DNA of 43,608 bases from Octopus sinensis (GCF_006345805.1 NW_021835032.1:1-43608), one strand, 5' to 3'. Positions 12,140 to 25,108 are shown, numbered from the stretch's first letter. The notes: generated by a model from the letters alone, not told the origin. Program-made: numbers and translations.

Positions 12140-12540
12140 TTAACATGCCCCCACCTTCTGTAGGGTTCAGAATTCCAATTCAAACAAGGAGAAATATTTA
12201 AGATCAAATCAAATCTCACCTGCGCCTCAGCAAATGTAGTCTATGTCATGACTTGCAGAGGATGTGGTAAACTCTATATTGGACAAACAGGAATTTCGCT
12301 CCGTCAAAGAATCACCATTCACAAAGAGCATATCCGTCACCTACAATACAGACATTTAGGTGAGTGAACACATAGAAAGATGTGCGGGGAATCTTAATCC
12401 CAATTTCCAAATATTTCCCTTTTACCAATGCTTACAGAACACCACAATGCAACAAAGGTTGAATAAAGAGGCATTTTTCATCAACAAATTTCTCCCCCAA
12501 CTAAATATGAACACACAACTCAATACAGAACACCACTAAC
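12140..12540 (+). pseudogene. Penelope-like element GIY-YIG endonuclease fragment
   Basis: Hand translation: FKIKSNLTCASANVVYVMTCRGCGKLYIGQTGISLRQRITIHKEHIRH, then after a frameshift SEHIERCA...RLNKEAFFINKFLPQLN. VVY/YIG motifs with conserved Arg, Glu and terminal LN. Absent from the ORF track because of a stop and the frameshift. Confidence 0.9.
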
Positions 12541-13249
12541 TCTTCAAGTTAAACCACTAAACGCTATACACTACCTACATCACTCACATCTCTAATTCCA
12601 GAACTACTTACTTCCCTTACAAATAATACAGAACTACTTACCTTCCTTACAAATAACATTTTTTCTCAGGAACTATTAGACCTGACACTGTATATTAACT
12701 GGTGTTGTTCAAACGATGAATAGCCTTCGCGTAAACCAATTGGTTCGTTTTGTTCTCTTAATTTATTATTATTATCATCTTATATTCATCTCATAATAAT
12801 GACCTTTTTGACTCGTATTACTACTTCAGTCAATCTAAATGTATATATTTGTCACTACCTGTCATTAATAGCATTTTCTATCAGCAATATGCATTTTCGT
12901 TGATTTTTCATATTTTACTCTTACGCGTATTTTAAATTTTATATTTTCTTTTCGTAACATATTTCTACTATATATATATAAATATATATATATATATCTT
13001 TGTGTCACATACATATGTACATGTGAAACGTGGACGCATTCCTATATTACTCTAATTCAAGTGCGTACGTACTTACGAAGCACATAAACACACTTTTACG
13101 AAGGCTAAAGTATGAGTAATACAAACTTATAAACTGCGTATTTAAATATATCTATTTTAGAATCATATACTCATAAATGTACAAAACGCACTCACACGTG
13201 CAGACACTTACACACACATATACATGCACACAATCATACATACTAACAT

Positions 13250-13866
<617 letters not shown>

Positions 13867-14715
13867 TATACTTTACACAACCCTACTTTCACAAAATGGC
13901 AAACAGAAAACAAAAATCCAACGTATTTACAAAATGGTTATCAGACAAACAAGTACATGCAGGCACTCACCACACGCAGAAACACACACACACACACACA
14001 TACACACACAAACGTGTACACCCACAAACACACACACACATACACACAGATAAACCGGCAAAAGCAAACAAACGATAGATACGAAGCACGTACAGTCACA
14101 CGCAAGAAGTCACGTGACACATCAAGAGGCGGAGAATGGCACGCGCTTGGCAGGCAGGCAGTCAGTCACTGCAGATACTTATGAAAAAGTAGGGAAAATA
14201 TATAAAACCAAAAAAAAAGAATAAACAAAACAAAAAACTCCATTAGAATTTTATTTATTTTATTTATTTATATATGCTTTACTCCATTTAGTCACTATCT
14301 GTCTCCTTCCGTTCATGGAGCGGTGTAGTGGTGTAAGAAGCAGAAAAACACCTAAGCCCCCATCACCACCACCACCATTAGAGTTCCCTCCGCCACCTGC
14401 ACTATTACCAGCAGCGTTACAGCGATCAACAGCACCCACACCGTCATCATCATAAACACTGGGTTGGTATAAGACCTAAATAGGCGCAATGACACACTTC
14501 CGACGGCAAGTTCGAGGCGTTTCCTGCTTTGCTTCCTTCTTTCCTTTCGCCCTGTCTTTCAATGCGATCTCGTAGCATTTTTTCCAGATAGATTTTTCAC
14601 ATTAATGCTTATTGCCTTGAACACACACACACACACACACACACACACCACACACACACAAACACACACACACAGCGGACCAGACACATGCACTTACGTG
14701 CTATTATATATATAT

Positions 14716-14788
14716 TCGATTTGTCCGATAACGGTGGTGCTCCAGCATGGTCATGGCCAAATGCCTGAAACAAGTAAAAGAATAAAAT
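14716..14788 (+). mobile_element. SINE family A-type tail fragment
   Basis: GGTGGTGCTCCAGCATGGTCATGGCCAAATGCCTGAAACAAGTAAAAGAATAAAA. Confidence 0.75.
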
Positions 14789-14877
14789 AATTCAAGCTTT
14801 GTACGAGTCAAATCAAGGCGTAATTACTGGCAAAGGTAGCCGTACCTCGTATTAAAGTAAATTTTGTCGAACCCTTG
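14789..14877 (+). mobile_element. Isolated 89-bp end of the Tc1 element at 16873-18102, in the opposite orientation
   Basis: Reverse complement of 16873-16961 with 5 mismatches by manual alignment; ends ACCCTTG followed by TA. Confidence 0.9.
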
Positions 14878-14885
14878 TATATATG

Positions 14886-14972
<87 letters not shown>

Positions 14973-15036
14973 GTATATATATATATATACGTATGTATAT
15001 ATATATATAATATACGTATGTATATATATATATACG

Positions 15037-15073
<37 letters not shown>

Positions 15074-15089
15074 GTATGTATATATATAT

Positions 15090-16839
15090 CAGCAATCCTG
15101 ATATGACTGATCTGGGCTGTATCAGTGATGTTACTCCCAATACACTTTATCGGATATAACCTTTGGCGCTCATGATGTCTTAGCAGCAATAAAGGAAATG
15201 AAGCATAATTCAGCAGTAGGTCCCGATAGGATCCCTGCGTGTGTCTTGAGGATGTGTCAAAACCAACTTGCACCCCCTCTAGCCAATCTATGGCGGAACT
15301 CACTGGATGCTGGATATATACCAGAAGACCTTCTATCCCAGTCTGTTGTCCCAGTTTTCAAAAAAAAGAAACAAATCGCTTGCCGTGAATTACCGTCCAA
15401 TCTCACTCACCTCTCATATCATTAAGGTATTTGAGAGAGTGCTGAGATCGCGTATGACTCACTTCTTGAGAGTCATAATATGCTGAACTCCAACCAGCAT
15501 GGATTCCGTAATGGAAGAGATTGCCTGACGCGCTACTGCATCATTTTGATGACATTTTGAGATCCTTGGGTGATGGTTCCAACACTGAATTCATCTACCT
15601 TGATTTCAGCAAGGCCTTTGACAGGGTTGATCATAAGATCCTTTTGAAAAAGCTGTCCAATATTGGTGTCACTGGAAAGCTGCTGCAGTGGATCAAGTGC
15701 TTCCTGTCTAACAGAACCCAACATGATGTAGTCGAAGGAGTCAAATCCAGCCCAGCCAAAGTCAGCAGTGGTGTCCCACAAGGCACTGTTTTAGGCCCAC
15801 TTCTCTTCATCATCTACATAAATGATATTACTGACACCATCAAACACAGTAACATCAGAACCTTCGCTGATGACTCCAAGCTCCAGAAGGTCATCAATGG
15901 GGTGGATGACCGAATAAGCCTTCAGTCAGACCTACTGGCTGTTGTCCAATGGGCGGAAAAGAACAACATGCTGCTAAACGAAGACAAATTCGAACTGATC
16001 CACTTTGGAAGGGAGGACGCTCTGAAACTCCCATACACCCTTCCTTCTGGAGAAATTCTCATGGCGTCCAACAACATCAGAGACTTGGGAGTAACAGTGG
16101 ACAACAACATAAGCTGGGCTACACACATAAGCAGCAAAGTTGACATGGCCCGCAGAATGTGTTCCTGGATTCTCAGAACCTTCCAGTCGAGATATTCCCA
16201 CACTATTATCCTTCTGTTCTCCACTTTTGCCCGACCCCACCTTGAATACTGCTGTCCACTGTGGTCTCCCTACACAAAACAAAATATTATGAGAATTGAA
16301 GCTCCCCAAAGGTCAATCACAAAAAAGATAGATGGCATGTCAGGCCTTGACTACTGGGGTAGACTAGAGAAGCTGAAACTGTATTCACTCCAACGACGCC
16401 GTGAACGTTACATTATCTGTATGATGTGGAAAATATTCCATCAGTACTATCCGAATGATGCTGGCATCACCTTCAAAATACATCCAAGGCTTGGACCACG
16501 TGCCATCCGTCCACAACAAAAATCTAAATCGCATCTCATAACAACAATACGGCACAACTATTTCACCTCAATTGGACCCGCTCTCTTCAACATTACACCA
16601 GGACACGTCAAAACAGAAACTGACCACACAAAATTCAAGAAGTCTTTGGACAAATTCCTTCAAACAGTCCCGGACAAACCACCCACACCCGGATATGTCT
16701 CCGCAAACAATAACTCTCTGCTCGAATGGTCCTCGGTGCCCAAATCCTGAATTGAAAGACTTCACCAGGTGGTGCTTTTAAGTTAGACATGGCCTGGGCC
16801 AATACTGGCCAAAACCTTTCTAAGTTATCTAAGTCTAAG

Positions 16840-16840
<1 letters not shown>
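15090..16840 (+). mobile_element. 5'-truncated non-LTR retrotransposon (CR1/L2 group) inserted in (TA)n
   Basis: Pre-RT motifs AVGPDRIP and VVPVFK are frameshifted from the RT ORF. Short 3' UTR with hairpin GGCCA-ATAC-TGGCC and a (TCTAAG)-type terminal repeat. (TA)n on both sides; no endonuclease domain present. Confidence 0.93.
15521..16750 (+). CDS. LINE ORF2 reverse transcriptase (open 3' part, 409 aa; N-terminus lost to frameshifts and truncation)
   Basis: YLDFSKAFDRVDH, SGVPQGTVLGPLLFIIYIND, FADD, LNEDK, RDLGV, RPHLEYC..WSP, LYSLQRRRERY. Confidence 0.92.
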   Translation: MPDALLHHFDDILRSLGDGSNTEFIYLDFSKAFDRVDHKILLKKLSNIGVTGKLLQWIKCFLSNRTQHDVVEGVKSSPAKVSSGVPQGTVLGPLLFIIYINDITDTIKHSNIRTFADDSKLQKVINGVDDRISLQSDLLAVVQWAEKNNMLLNEDKFELIHFGREDALKLPYTLPSGEILMASNNIRDLGVTVDNNISWATHISSKVDMARRMCSWILRTFQSRYSHTIILLFSTFARPHLEYCCPLWSPYTKQNIMRIEAPQRSITKKIDGMSGLDYWGRLEKLKLYSLQRRRERYIICMMWKIFHQYYPNDAGITFKIHPRLGPRAIRPQQKSKSHLITTIRHNYFTSIGPALFNITPGHVKTETDHTKFKKSLDKFLQTVPDKPPTPGYVSANNNSLLEWSSVPKS

Positions 16841-16872
<32 letters not shown>

Positions 16873-16874
<2 letters not shown>

Positions 16875-18102
16875 AGGGTTCGACAAAATTTATTTTAATA
16901 CGGTGTACGACTACCTTTGCCAGTAATTACACCTTGATTTGACTCGTACAAAGCTTGAATTCTTTTCAAAGGAATTTTTGTCCATTCTTCAGCTAAAACA
17001 ATCTCAAGTTCTTGTAGTGATAATGGTGGAGGATATCGACTCATTACTTGGTTTTCTAAAATGCACCGTAAATGTTCAATAATATTGAGATCTGGGGAGT
17101 GGCATGGCCAGATAGAATGTTCAACTTCACTTGAATGTTCCTAGTGCCATTCAGTAACAACTTCAGATGTGTGAATTGGTGCAATATCATCCCGAGAGAT
17201 TTCGTTTCCCTTCGGAAATAGTTCCCCAACCATAGGATGAATTGATCAGATAAATTGTTTAAATAGCCTCGACTATTCATTCTGCCATGAAGGGAAATCA
17301 TTGGGCCCGTGGATTTCCAAGATATAGTCCCCCAGATCATCACAGATCTTCCTCCATGTTTACCAGTTGGAAGAAGGCAGTCTGGGCCAAATGCTTCTTT
17401 TGGCTGTCTCTATACGTATACTCGGCTGGTGGTCGGAAATAAAGTAAAGGGTGACACGTCCGAGAAAATAACATTCTTCCACTGTTATAGGGACCAATTC
17501 TGTAGGTTTTTACTCCACTCTAAATGCTTTGCAACGTTTGTTTTTGAAAGTAGTGATTTTCTGATTGCAGCCTTCCTGTGAAATCCGTCTTTATGCAGCT
17601 CCCGTCGAACAGTTTTTGTGGAAACTGGGGTCTCGTGGTGTTCATTAAGCTCTGCAGTAATTTTGGGAGCTCTACTTTTGTGATCTTTTCTAATAATTCG
17701 CGTAAGAGTCCGACGGTCCCTATATCAAAGTTTTGGTTTCTTCCAGAATTCTCTTTCGACCAGGAGCCCCCACTTTTTTTTCTGAAGGGCTGTCATTACT
17801 TTCGAGACAGTACTTCTTGATACACCAAACATTTCGGCTGCTTTCGTTACGCTAGCGCCTGCCATACGAGTACCAACAATATGACCTCTTTGAAAGTCCG
17901 ATAGATCTCTCCTTTCAGTGAATTTTAATTACCTTTTCTGGTGACATCTGAAAAGAAACAGCTATTTTAGCAAGACAAATTAAGCAACACTAATAATAAA
18001 TAATAATAAAAACATTAACTAAACAAGCTTTTGACTTTTGTAGATATTTCAAAATTATGATATTATGATGCTAGGTGTTTTCATTATTTTGTCCAACCCT
18101 TT
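16873..18102 (-). mobile_element. Full-length decayed Tc1-like DNA transposon (about 1.23 kb)
   Basis: TA-flanked TIRs CAAGGGTTCGACAAAA / TTTTGTCCAACCCTT. Minus-strand HTH DLSDFQRGHIVGTRMAGASVTKAAEMFGVSRSTVSKV, DDE-region MIWGTIS..GRMNS, C-terminal KGSRTPY*. Frameshifted. Confidence 0.92.
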
Positions 18103-18319
18103 TATATATTCGAGCGTGTCCGTGCGAGTTTATACTTCTGAGTGTATATGTACTGGTATGACTGTGTCTGTGCTTGTATGCGCGTATAACGAGTTATATA
18201 CAATTCTACACACACACACATACACACATATACACACATATATATAATGATATAAATAATATATGCATGTATACATATACGTATATACCTACATATATAT
18301 GCATATATACATGTTTACA

Positions 18320-18500
18320 TGGGCACAGGACATCAAAAACCGTAGACAAAATCAGAAACGAGAACATAAAAAAACAAAAACATAAAAACGAACCTTTTTT
18401 CGAAGAACGAAAATAACAAACAGAGAAACAAGACTTGCAACATAAAGATCATTAGTTGTCCCCTGTTTTATCTGTTCCATTTTTGTAAAGCGCCCTTTTG
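18320..18500 (-). mobile_element. Degenerate Penelope-like terminal repeat
   Basis: TGGGCACAGGACATCAAAA...GAAACGAGAACA... corresponds to the reverse complement of 11950-12070. A residual CTAATGA lies on the minus strand at 18449-18455. Confidence 0.6.
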
Positions 18501-18559
18501 CCACTGTTGTAACTCTCTTGCGACGTTGGTTGTCGCTCTGACAAATATTGTTATATTTC

Positions 18560-19620
18560 GAAGTCGTCCATGATTGGGCTCCGACCTTTTTTGCAATAGT
18601 CTTCTCCGTTGAATTTCTTCCGTGTCATGCCTTCATTTTAATATTCTCTCACAATCTTCCTACAGTTTCTACAATGTCAAATCGTGGTTTATTTCCAGTT
18701 TCGATAGAATTTTCGTTCGGATGTCTGCATCCCTCCTATCCGTCAATCCTTGTGTAAACATCAGACACTTGAAAGGATATGGAATATACATATCTAGCCT
18801 AAATCGCTCATACTCTGTGTTCTTTGTTCTTTACTATTTCCATCCAATAGTACACGGTGAGCACATTTCACTAAACATTTTGCACAAGATGTCAACTGTG
18901 TCGGTGAAACTTATGTCTGACGCTTTTTTGGGGGGCAATATGGAGTTACTATACTTCTCATGCGTGAAGGCACATGGCTCAGTGGTTAGAGCGTAGAGCT
19001 TACGATCGTGAGGTTGTATGTTCGATTCCCGGACCGGGCTGCGTGTTGTGTTCTTGAGCAATGCAGTTTATTTCATGTTGCTCCTGTTCACTCAGATGTA
19101 GAAATGAGTTGCGACATCACTGGTGCCAAGCTGTATCGGCCAATTTGCCTTTCCCTTGGATAACATCAGTGGCGTGGAAAGGAGGGGAGGCATGGGTGAC
19201 TGCTATCCTTGCGCAAACAATCTTGCCCTGACTTGTGCTTCGGAGGGTAACTTTCTAGGTGCAATCCCATGGTTATTCATGACCGAAGGAGGTTTCCTCC
19301 TCCTATATTTCTCATGCATTGCTGTTCCTAGTTTTCATAAAACTAGACGGGTTTTCATGTCGTCCATCCAATCCCGGCATTCTTTTTTAAAATTTTGAAA
19401 TCTTCCAAAGTAAGCGTCCAAGGCTACTTCTTCTTGGGGTCATATATGAATTCGTTTATGGAATTCGCTACATGGTCTGGTGAAAATGTATTCCACAGAT
19501 TGGTTATCGACTTCATTAAGTGTGACTTTTGCTGTTGCAATCCTTGTTGTTGCTCTCGTTGCTTCTTAAGTTGTTGTCGTTACTGTTGTTGCAACTCAAC
19601 TATCCCACCTAACAAGTCTT
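18560..19620 (-). mobile_element. Ty3/Gypsy LTR-retrotransposon gag remnant, interrupted by a SINE
   Basis: Hand translation: Q-rich start, FSPDHVANSINEFIYDP, DAYFGRF..KECRDWMDDMKTRLVL*KLGTAMHEKY / SNSILPPKKASDISFTDTVDILCKMF, FKCLMFTQGLTDRRDADIRTKILSKLE. Recognised as invertebrate Gypsy gag-like; no LTRs identified. Confidence 0.7.
18964..19302 (+). mobile_element. tRNA-derived SINE, family C, with 15-bp TSD
   Basis: A-box TGGCTCAGTGG and B-box GTTCGATTCC. TSD CTATACTTCTCATGC (18949-18963) / CTATATTTCTCATGC (19303-19317). Confidence 0.92.
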
Positions 19621-19749
19621 CTCTATCTTACGGTTTTCGGAAGTTTGCACATCAGGATATTTTTTCTTTTTTTTCGAAGTATTTAATTCTCCACGTGAAT
19701 TAGTTTAAACTCTCCATGTGAATGTATATACACACACACACACACATAC

Positions 19750-19813
<64 letters not shown>

Positions 19814-19861
19814 ACAGTTTATATATTGCTGTCGGCATTTTATATTTTGAGGGTGAAAGGA

Positions 19862-20066
19862 CTTTTATTCTTTTATTTGTTTCAGTCATTTGACTGCGGC
19901 CATGCTAGAGCACCGCCTTTAGTCGAACAAATCGATCCCAGGACTTATCTCAAAGCCTATTACTTATAGTGTCGGTCTCTTTTGCCTAACCGCTATGTTA
20001 CGGGGACGTGAGCACACCAACATCAGTTGTCAAGTGATGGTGGGGAGAGAAACACATACACACACA

Positions 20067-20116
<50 letters not shown>

Positions 20117-20282
20117 CACACGACAGGCTTCTTTCTCTTTCCGTCTACCAAATCCACTCACAAGGCTTTGGTCGGGCCGAGGCTGTAGTTGAAGACAGTT
20201 GCCCAGGGTGCCACGAGTGGGATGGAACTCTGAGCAATGTGGTTGGTAAGCAAGCTACCTACCAAACAGTCACTCCTGAGCC
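19862..20282 (-). mobile_element. SINE family A, full length
   Basis: Collinear with 2836-3281, including the internal (CA)n(TA)n tract. Confidence 0.9.
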
Positions 20283-21439
20283 TTTTTGTTTATTATGCTG
20301 AGTCCTAATCGGCTGTTGTATACATTAACCATTAATGCCAACAATCTTTTGGCCATCGTAGCTCTGTTGTCCAAAATCTAACGTCGATGGCTAAATCGAC
20401 TGCATCCATTTCGTTTCGAACCGGGCATCTGATTTGTCTTAGTTTTATTTTTATTTTCGGTGTGGTTGCTAGTCTTTACAGCCAACATATTGTAGTCGAA
20501 TGACTGTCGACCGCAGCAGTGGAAATGACTGTCAATGTTGCTTCATCCTCCGCAAGTTGACTCATTAGACATTAATCCGATGATAATGTTTATGTGTCTG
20601 TTACTATAGTAATTCAGCATTCTGCTTTTAATCTCTAAACCTCTGTGTTGTTATTTTGGAAATGCTCCCTTTCTCCTGAATAGTAAATGTTGATGATAAT
20701 ACTTTCGGTTGTACCAAGGGCTCAGCAGGCTGGAAACATGTTTGGCGTAAAAGGGCTGAACACCAATCCTCCAACATTTGTTCTGACTTTTACAATGCCA
20801 TTTTGCTTGCCAGAGGAGAAATTCGTGGCAATATTTGTTGTTAAATTTCCTTGAATTGGAAAACAATATTACCGAAAGATATGTAAGACATAATGCGGTA
20901 AGAAACAAAGGAATACATTAGTCCCCCTGAGGTCGAGACTAGTTCCGCAATAATATAAAAATACAAAAATTATCATAAAACACGTCCAAAAATAGGCAAT
21001 TCCTTTTCAACTTGCGGAATGACAAGAATGCGTGACACACAGTCAAGAAATAACTGCAAAAAGCTATAAATAAAAATGATAGCAACAACAAAAATATGAA
21101 TAAAAATACAAGAGAAAAATGAAACTAATAATACAAATAAGGTGTTAATAACATTAGCATTGCTGTTTCATCATTGATGTTAGTAGCTCTTGTGATGTTG
21201 TTAGTGCTATTGTTGTTTGTGTTGTTTGTTGTTTTGCTTTGTTAATAGTTGAGTTATGCCGTTTGTAATTCATAATTGAATCACTTAGAAAACAATAAAG
21301 CGAAAGGAGTTACAGTTCATTTGGGTGCATAAGTATATTCGCAGAATATCTTCTGCACGTGTCTGTATTGATACAAATATGATGTGTGTGTGTGTGTTTG
21401 TGATTGTCATAGAGTTTGTTTCTGTATAAAATAGGAAGT

Positions 21440-21478
<39 letters not shown>

Positions 21479-23315
21479 GGGGTAGAGAGGGAGAGAGACA
21501 TACGCACAAAGAGATCGTCAATTACATTAGAGGATTAGAACAATATACTGTAAAAAAATAAATGGTTTAAAAGGAAGAGAGATATCAAAACAAACAAAAA
21601 AATGAATTATTTATCACAATATATCAAAACAAATTAATAGCAAGTAATAGTTTAGCTTCTGAGCGGGATGGAACAAAAAATTGCCAATAATAATAATAAT
21701 AATGATGATGATGATGATGATGATGATGATAATGATGATAATAATAATAATAACATATTTATTGCTTTAAGAGCAGCAATGGAGGAAACATTACAAGGAC
21801 AATCAGAAAAAAAAGATGGTTTTCTTTATACTGGATTCTTGAACGACAAAGGTTTCTAACAACGAAATTTGCTGTAATGTGACTAACGCCTGTTATTTTG
21901 TAGGTGAATGAATGCAGATTGGTCCTTCCTTCATTCACTATATTTTAGTAAATCAGTAAATTAGGGATGAGGTAAATGTTAAGAAAGAAGGGATTAGATG
22001 TTGAATTCAAAGGATACAGTTTGCAATTTCTGTCACGTTATGAAATGTTTATTTGTTTTGCGAGGCTAGTTTGTATGTTTTAAATCGTTATATAGGTTGA
22101 GTTCTGTTCTTTTACATTACAAATCCTTTTTTAAGTATACATATTTCTTTGTACAGCAATGGGTTTTCATGCGTTTATATAAATGTTCGCTTGATACGTC
22201 TGATAAGCATAATCCTATTGAAAATAAATCAACGTTCTGAGACAGTTGATTTTAATTTCTTTCGCAAATCTAGCTATTGTTTTTCGCAATATTTCGTAAG
22301 TTATTTCGGTGAATGAGATCGTCGTATTTCGATTAGCTGTAACGGAAGACATTATAACGTCTATCTGTTCGATTTTAGACCATTTCATTGCGTTCTTGTT
22401 GTTTCTCTGACCTTAGAGAGCAACGCTACAAACACTGATTAAATTGTTCTGTATAGCTCTCATTACCAAATTGTACATGCAATCCAAATAGCCAACCGAA
22501 TCTCATAAACTGAGAAACTGAACCTTGCTGAGAATTGTGATATGTGCACACGTGTGTAGGAGATACTCAGCTCATTAAACATTAAACTCAAAGAGTGGTC
22601 TTTTTCTATATTTCATTTGGGACATTCCACAATGAAGCAAACGGTATATCACAAACACACTAACACACACTTATGCACACATCTCTATACATATACATAC
22701 TCGTTTACAAAAACTCACACGAATACAATGATTTACATACACGCACACACACATACATTAACGAGATGCTTCCGTTTTTTGCATGTGCGAACATGATGGA
22801 TTGGTGCGCGTAGTCTTGCATGCATAATGTTCCCAAACAAAATAGTCCTCCACAATTTCTTCGTCACTTCATCTCACCTCATCGGTGAAAACACCAGGAT
22901 ATACTTCTGCAAATTTTCCTTCTGAAATAAACCAGCAACGATATACCATGACAAAAGAATAAAATATAAAGAGAGAGAACGAAAACTCAGACACACATAT
23001 CAACAGCACATTATTCGACTATCATACTGTGGTTTACACACAGATCAACTTGAATGTAATTCCTTTAACGTCTGGCTTATTGCCTGAAGATAAATTAATC
23101 ATGATCATTTCAGATGATAAACTACTGCAGCCAAGGGCAATTTAACCAAATCATATGTCAAAGGGCTTCCATGTCAACAAGCATCTTGAATGGCGAATAA
23201 GGATTCCTCTTAGGCACAGGAATGAATACGCAGCAGACACTGATACATTATTAACGCCAAAAACACACACGTAAACATATGAATCTAGTAGAAAAACAAA
23301 ACCACATATACATAC

Positions 23316-23348
<33 letters not shown>

Positions 23349-23415
23349 TGTATGTATGCCATGTATGTATTTATGTATGCATGTATGTATGTGTGTATGT
23401 ATGCATGTATGTATG

Positions 23416-23468
<53 letters not shown>

Positions 23469-24224
23469 CACATAAATACATATATATATGCATGTGTATA
23501 TATATTTATACACACACACAGATATATATATATATATTATATATATATATATATATATACACACACAACCAAATACCCCTTACACATATACATATATGCA
23601 TACATATGTATGTACGTATGTATATGTGTATATATGCATCAGATACTACATGACACAAAAACACTCACAGAAACAACGATTCGCTCCCTAAAAGCAATTA
23701 GTATTAAAATCTGGTTAGAAAACCCTCTGTGTAATCCTGCAATTTTCGAAAACTTATCTGAATGAAAGGCTGGAGGATAAATAAATCATCGACATCACCG
23801 TCGGCCCAATCTGTCATTGTCACTGAACACAACAGAAGCGATCATGAGGCGGATGCCTCAATTATTTATTGGGCTGGTGCGTGTTATTTTTTTTCTTTTT
23901 GAAAACAAGCCACACCAGCAATATCGACAGAAGGAATAGTTGCTGTAGCAACACTAATCAAACAAAAGAAACAACAAAATAAAAAAAGAAAAAAAAACTG
24001 TACGAGAAATTGTTTGTTCTTCAGGTAGGAGGTCAACAGATTTGAGAATATCATCGAACCCAACACTTGTAATTATACTTTCTGCAACTGGTTTCAAAAT
24101 GATGAAAAGCAAAGTTAAAATCGAAAAGCGGAAAGGAACGAAAAGATTTACTCAAGCCATTTTATTCAGTCCTCAAATCATTCTGCTAATACACCATCCT
24201 TCTGTTGTTACTACTATTATTATT

Positions 24225-24412
24225 CAGGTTGGAAGCAAGCAGGATCGTCAGCAAAATGCTTCCATTTTTACGGTATTCAAATTCCGCGCAAGTCAACTTT
24301 GCCATTCTTCCATTCGGGATCGACGAAATACTTACCAGTTACGTACTGGGGTCGATGTAATCGACTAGCTCCTTCCCCACGATTTCAGAACTTGTGCCTA
24401 TAGTAGAATAGG

Positions 24413-24420
<8 letters not shown>
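24225..24420 (+). mobile_element. Old SINE with a Meta-domain-like core and (TTA)n tail
   Basis: TTCAAATTCCGC..GTCAACTTTGCCATTCTTCCATTCGGGATCGA..TACCAGTTACGTACTGGGGTCGATGTAATCGAC resembles my recollection of the MetaSINE central domain; it shares CTGGGGTCGAT..TCGAC with family A. Confidence 0.6.
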
Positions 24421-24448
<28 letters not shown>

Positions 24449-24486
24449 TATTATTATTATTGTTGTTGTTGTTGTTGTTATTATTG

Positions 24487-24518
<32 letters not shown>

Positions 24519-24519
<1 letters not shown>

Positions 24520-25075
24520 CTGAGTGAGAGAGTAGAGCATGCCATCAAAGTGACACTGGGGTAAAATATACGAAGCCCAGTATACCCATCATGACTACCC
24601 GTCTGATAAGGGTACATCAGGCATATGCATCACAAACATATGTGCGTGACATGGTGATCTCATATCAAGATAAACAGCACATGACCTTGCAGGTGGGGCC
24701 CAGTTAGAATTTTCTTCAGGTTGAGTAGCCCATCCCGCTCAAAAGGTCCCTGAATAAGGGTTGTTTCAGGATGTTGAACGAAGCACCCATGTTTCCAGAG
24801 GTGAATTATTCAAGCCCCAAAGAATCCCTCTCAACAGATGGCCATGATGCTCCCCCACTACTTCTGCCCGTGATCAGAGATGCACATATCGTCAGCCATT
24901 AAGGGACATGCTCAACTGGTTAAGGTCAAACAACTGACAAGCAAATCCGTGGTATTGAGCAGAATATTTGCTGTAGCCCATCTTTTATACCAAGACAAAA
25001 CAACGTACATGATAACACTTCCAATCAGTTAAGATCAGAAGCCATGAGAGCCACTGCCTGGTACTACATCAGGGC

Positions 25076-25076
<1 letters not shown>
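24519..25076 (-). mobile_element. 558-bp non-coding element embedded in (TAA)n; candidate non-autonomous R4/Dong partner
   Basis: Complex sequence precisely bounded by (TTA)n on both sides, with no ORF in the track. Strand and family are inferred from the (TAA)n context. Confidence 0.5.

Positions 25077-25108
<32 letters not shown>

Noticed and set aside
12600-12658. 30-bp tandem duplication considered as a CRISPR-like or regulatory array
   Set aside because: Only two adjacent units with no spacers, in a eukaryotic retroelement 3' region; ordinary slippage duplication.
14789-16961. Composite DNA transposon carrying a reverse transcriptase between inverted repeats
   Set aside because: The TIR termini point toward the LINE with the element bodies extending outward, which is the wrong orientation for mobilising the enclosed segment.
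20285-20950. Complex unique-looking sequence considered as a host exon
   Set aside because: The frames I inspected contain stops and no recognisable motif; left unannotated.
23868-23922. Possible tiny mariner-like MITE (TATTGGGCTGGTGC ... CACCAGCAATA)
   Set aside because: Inverted match is only about 10 bp with indels; could be chance.
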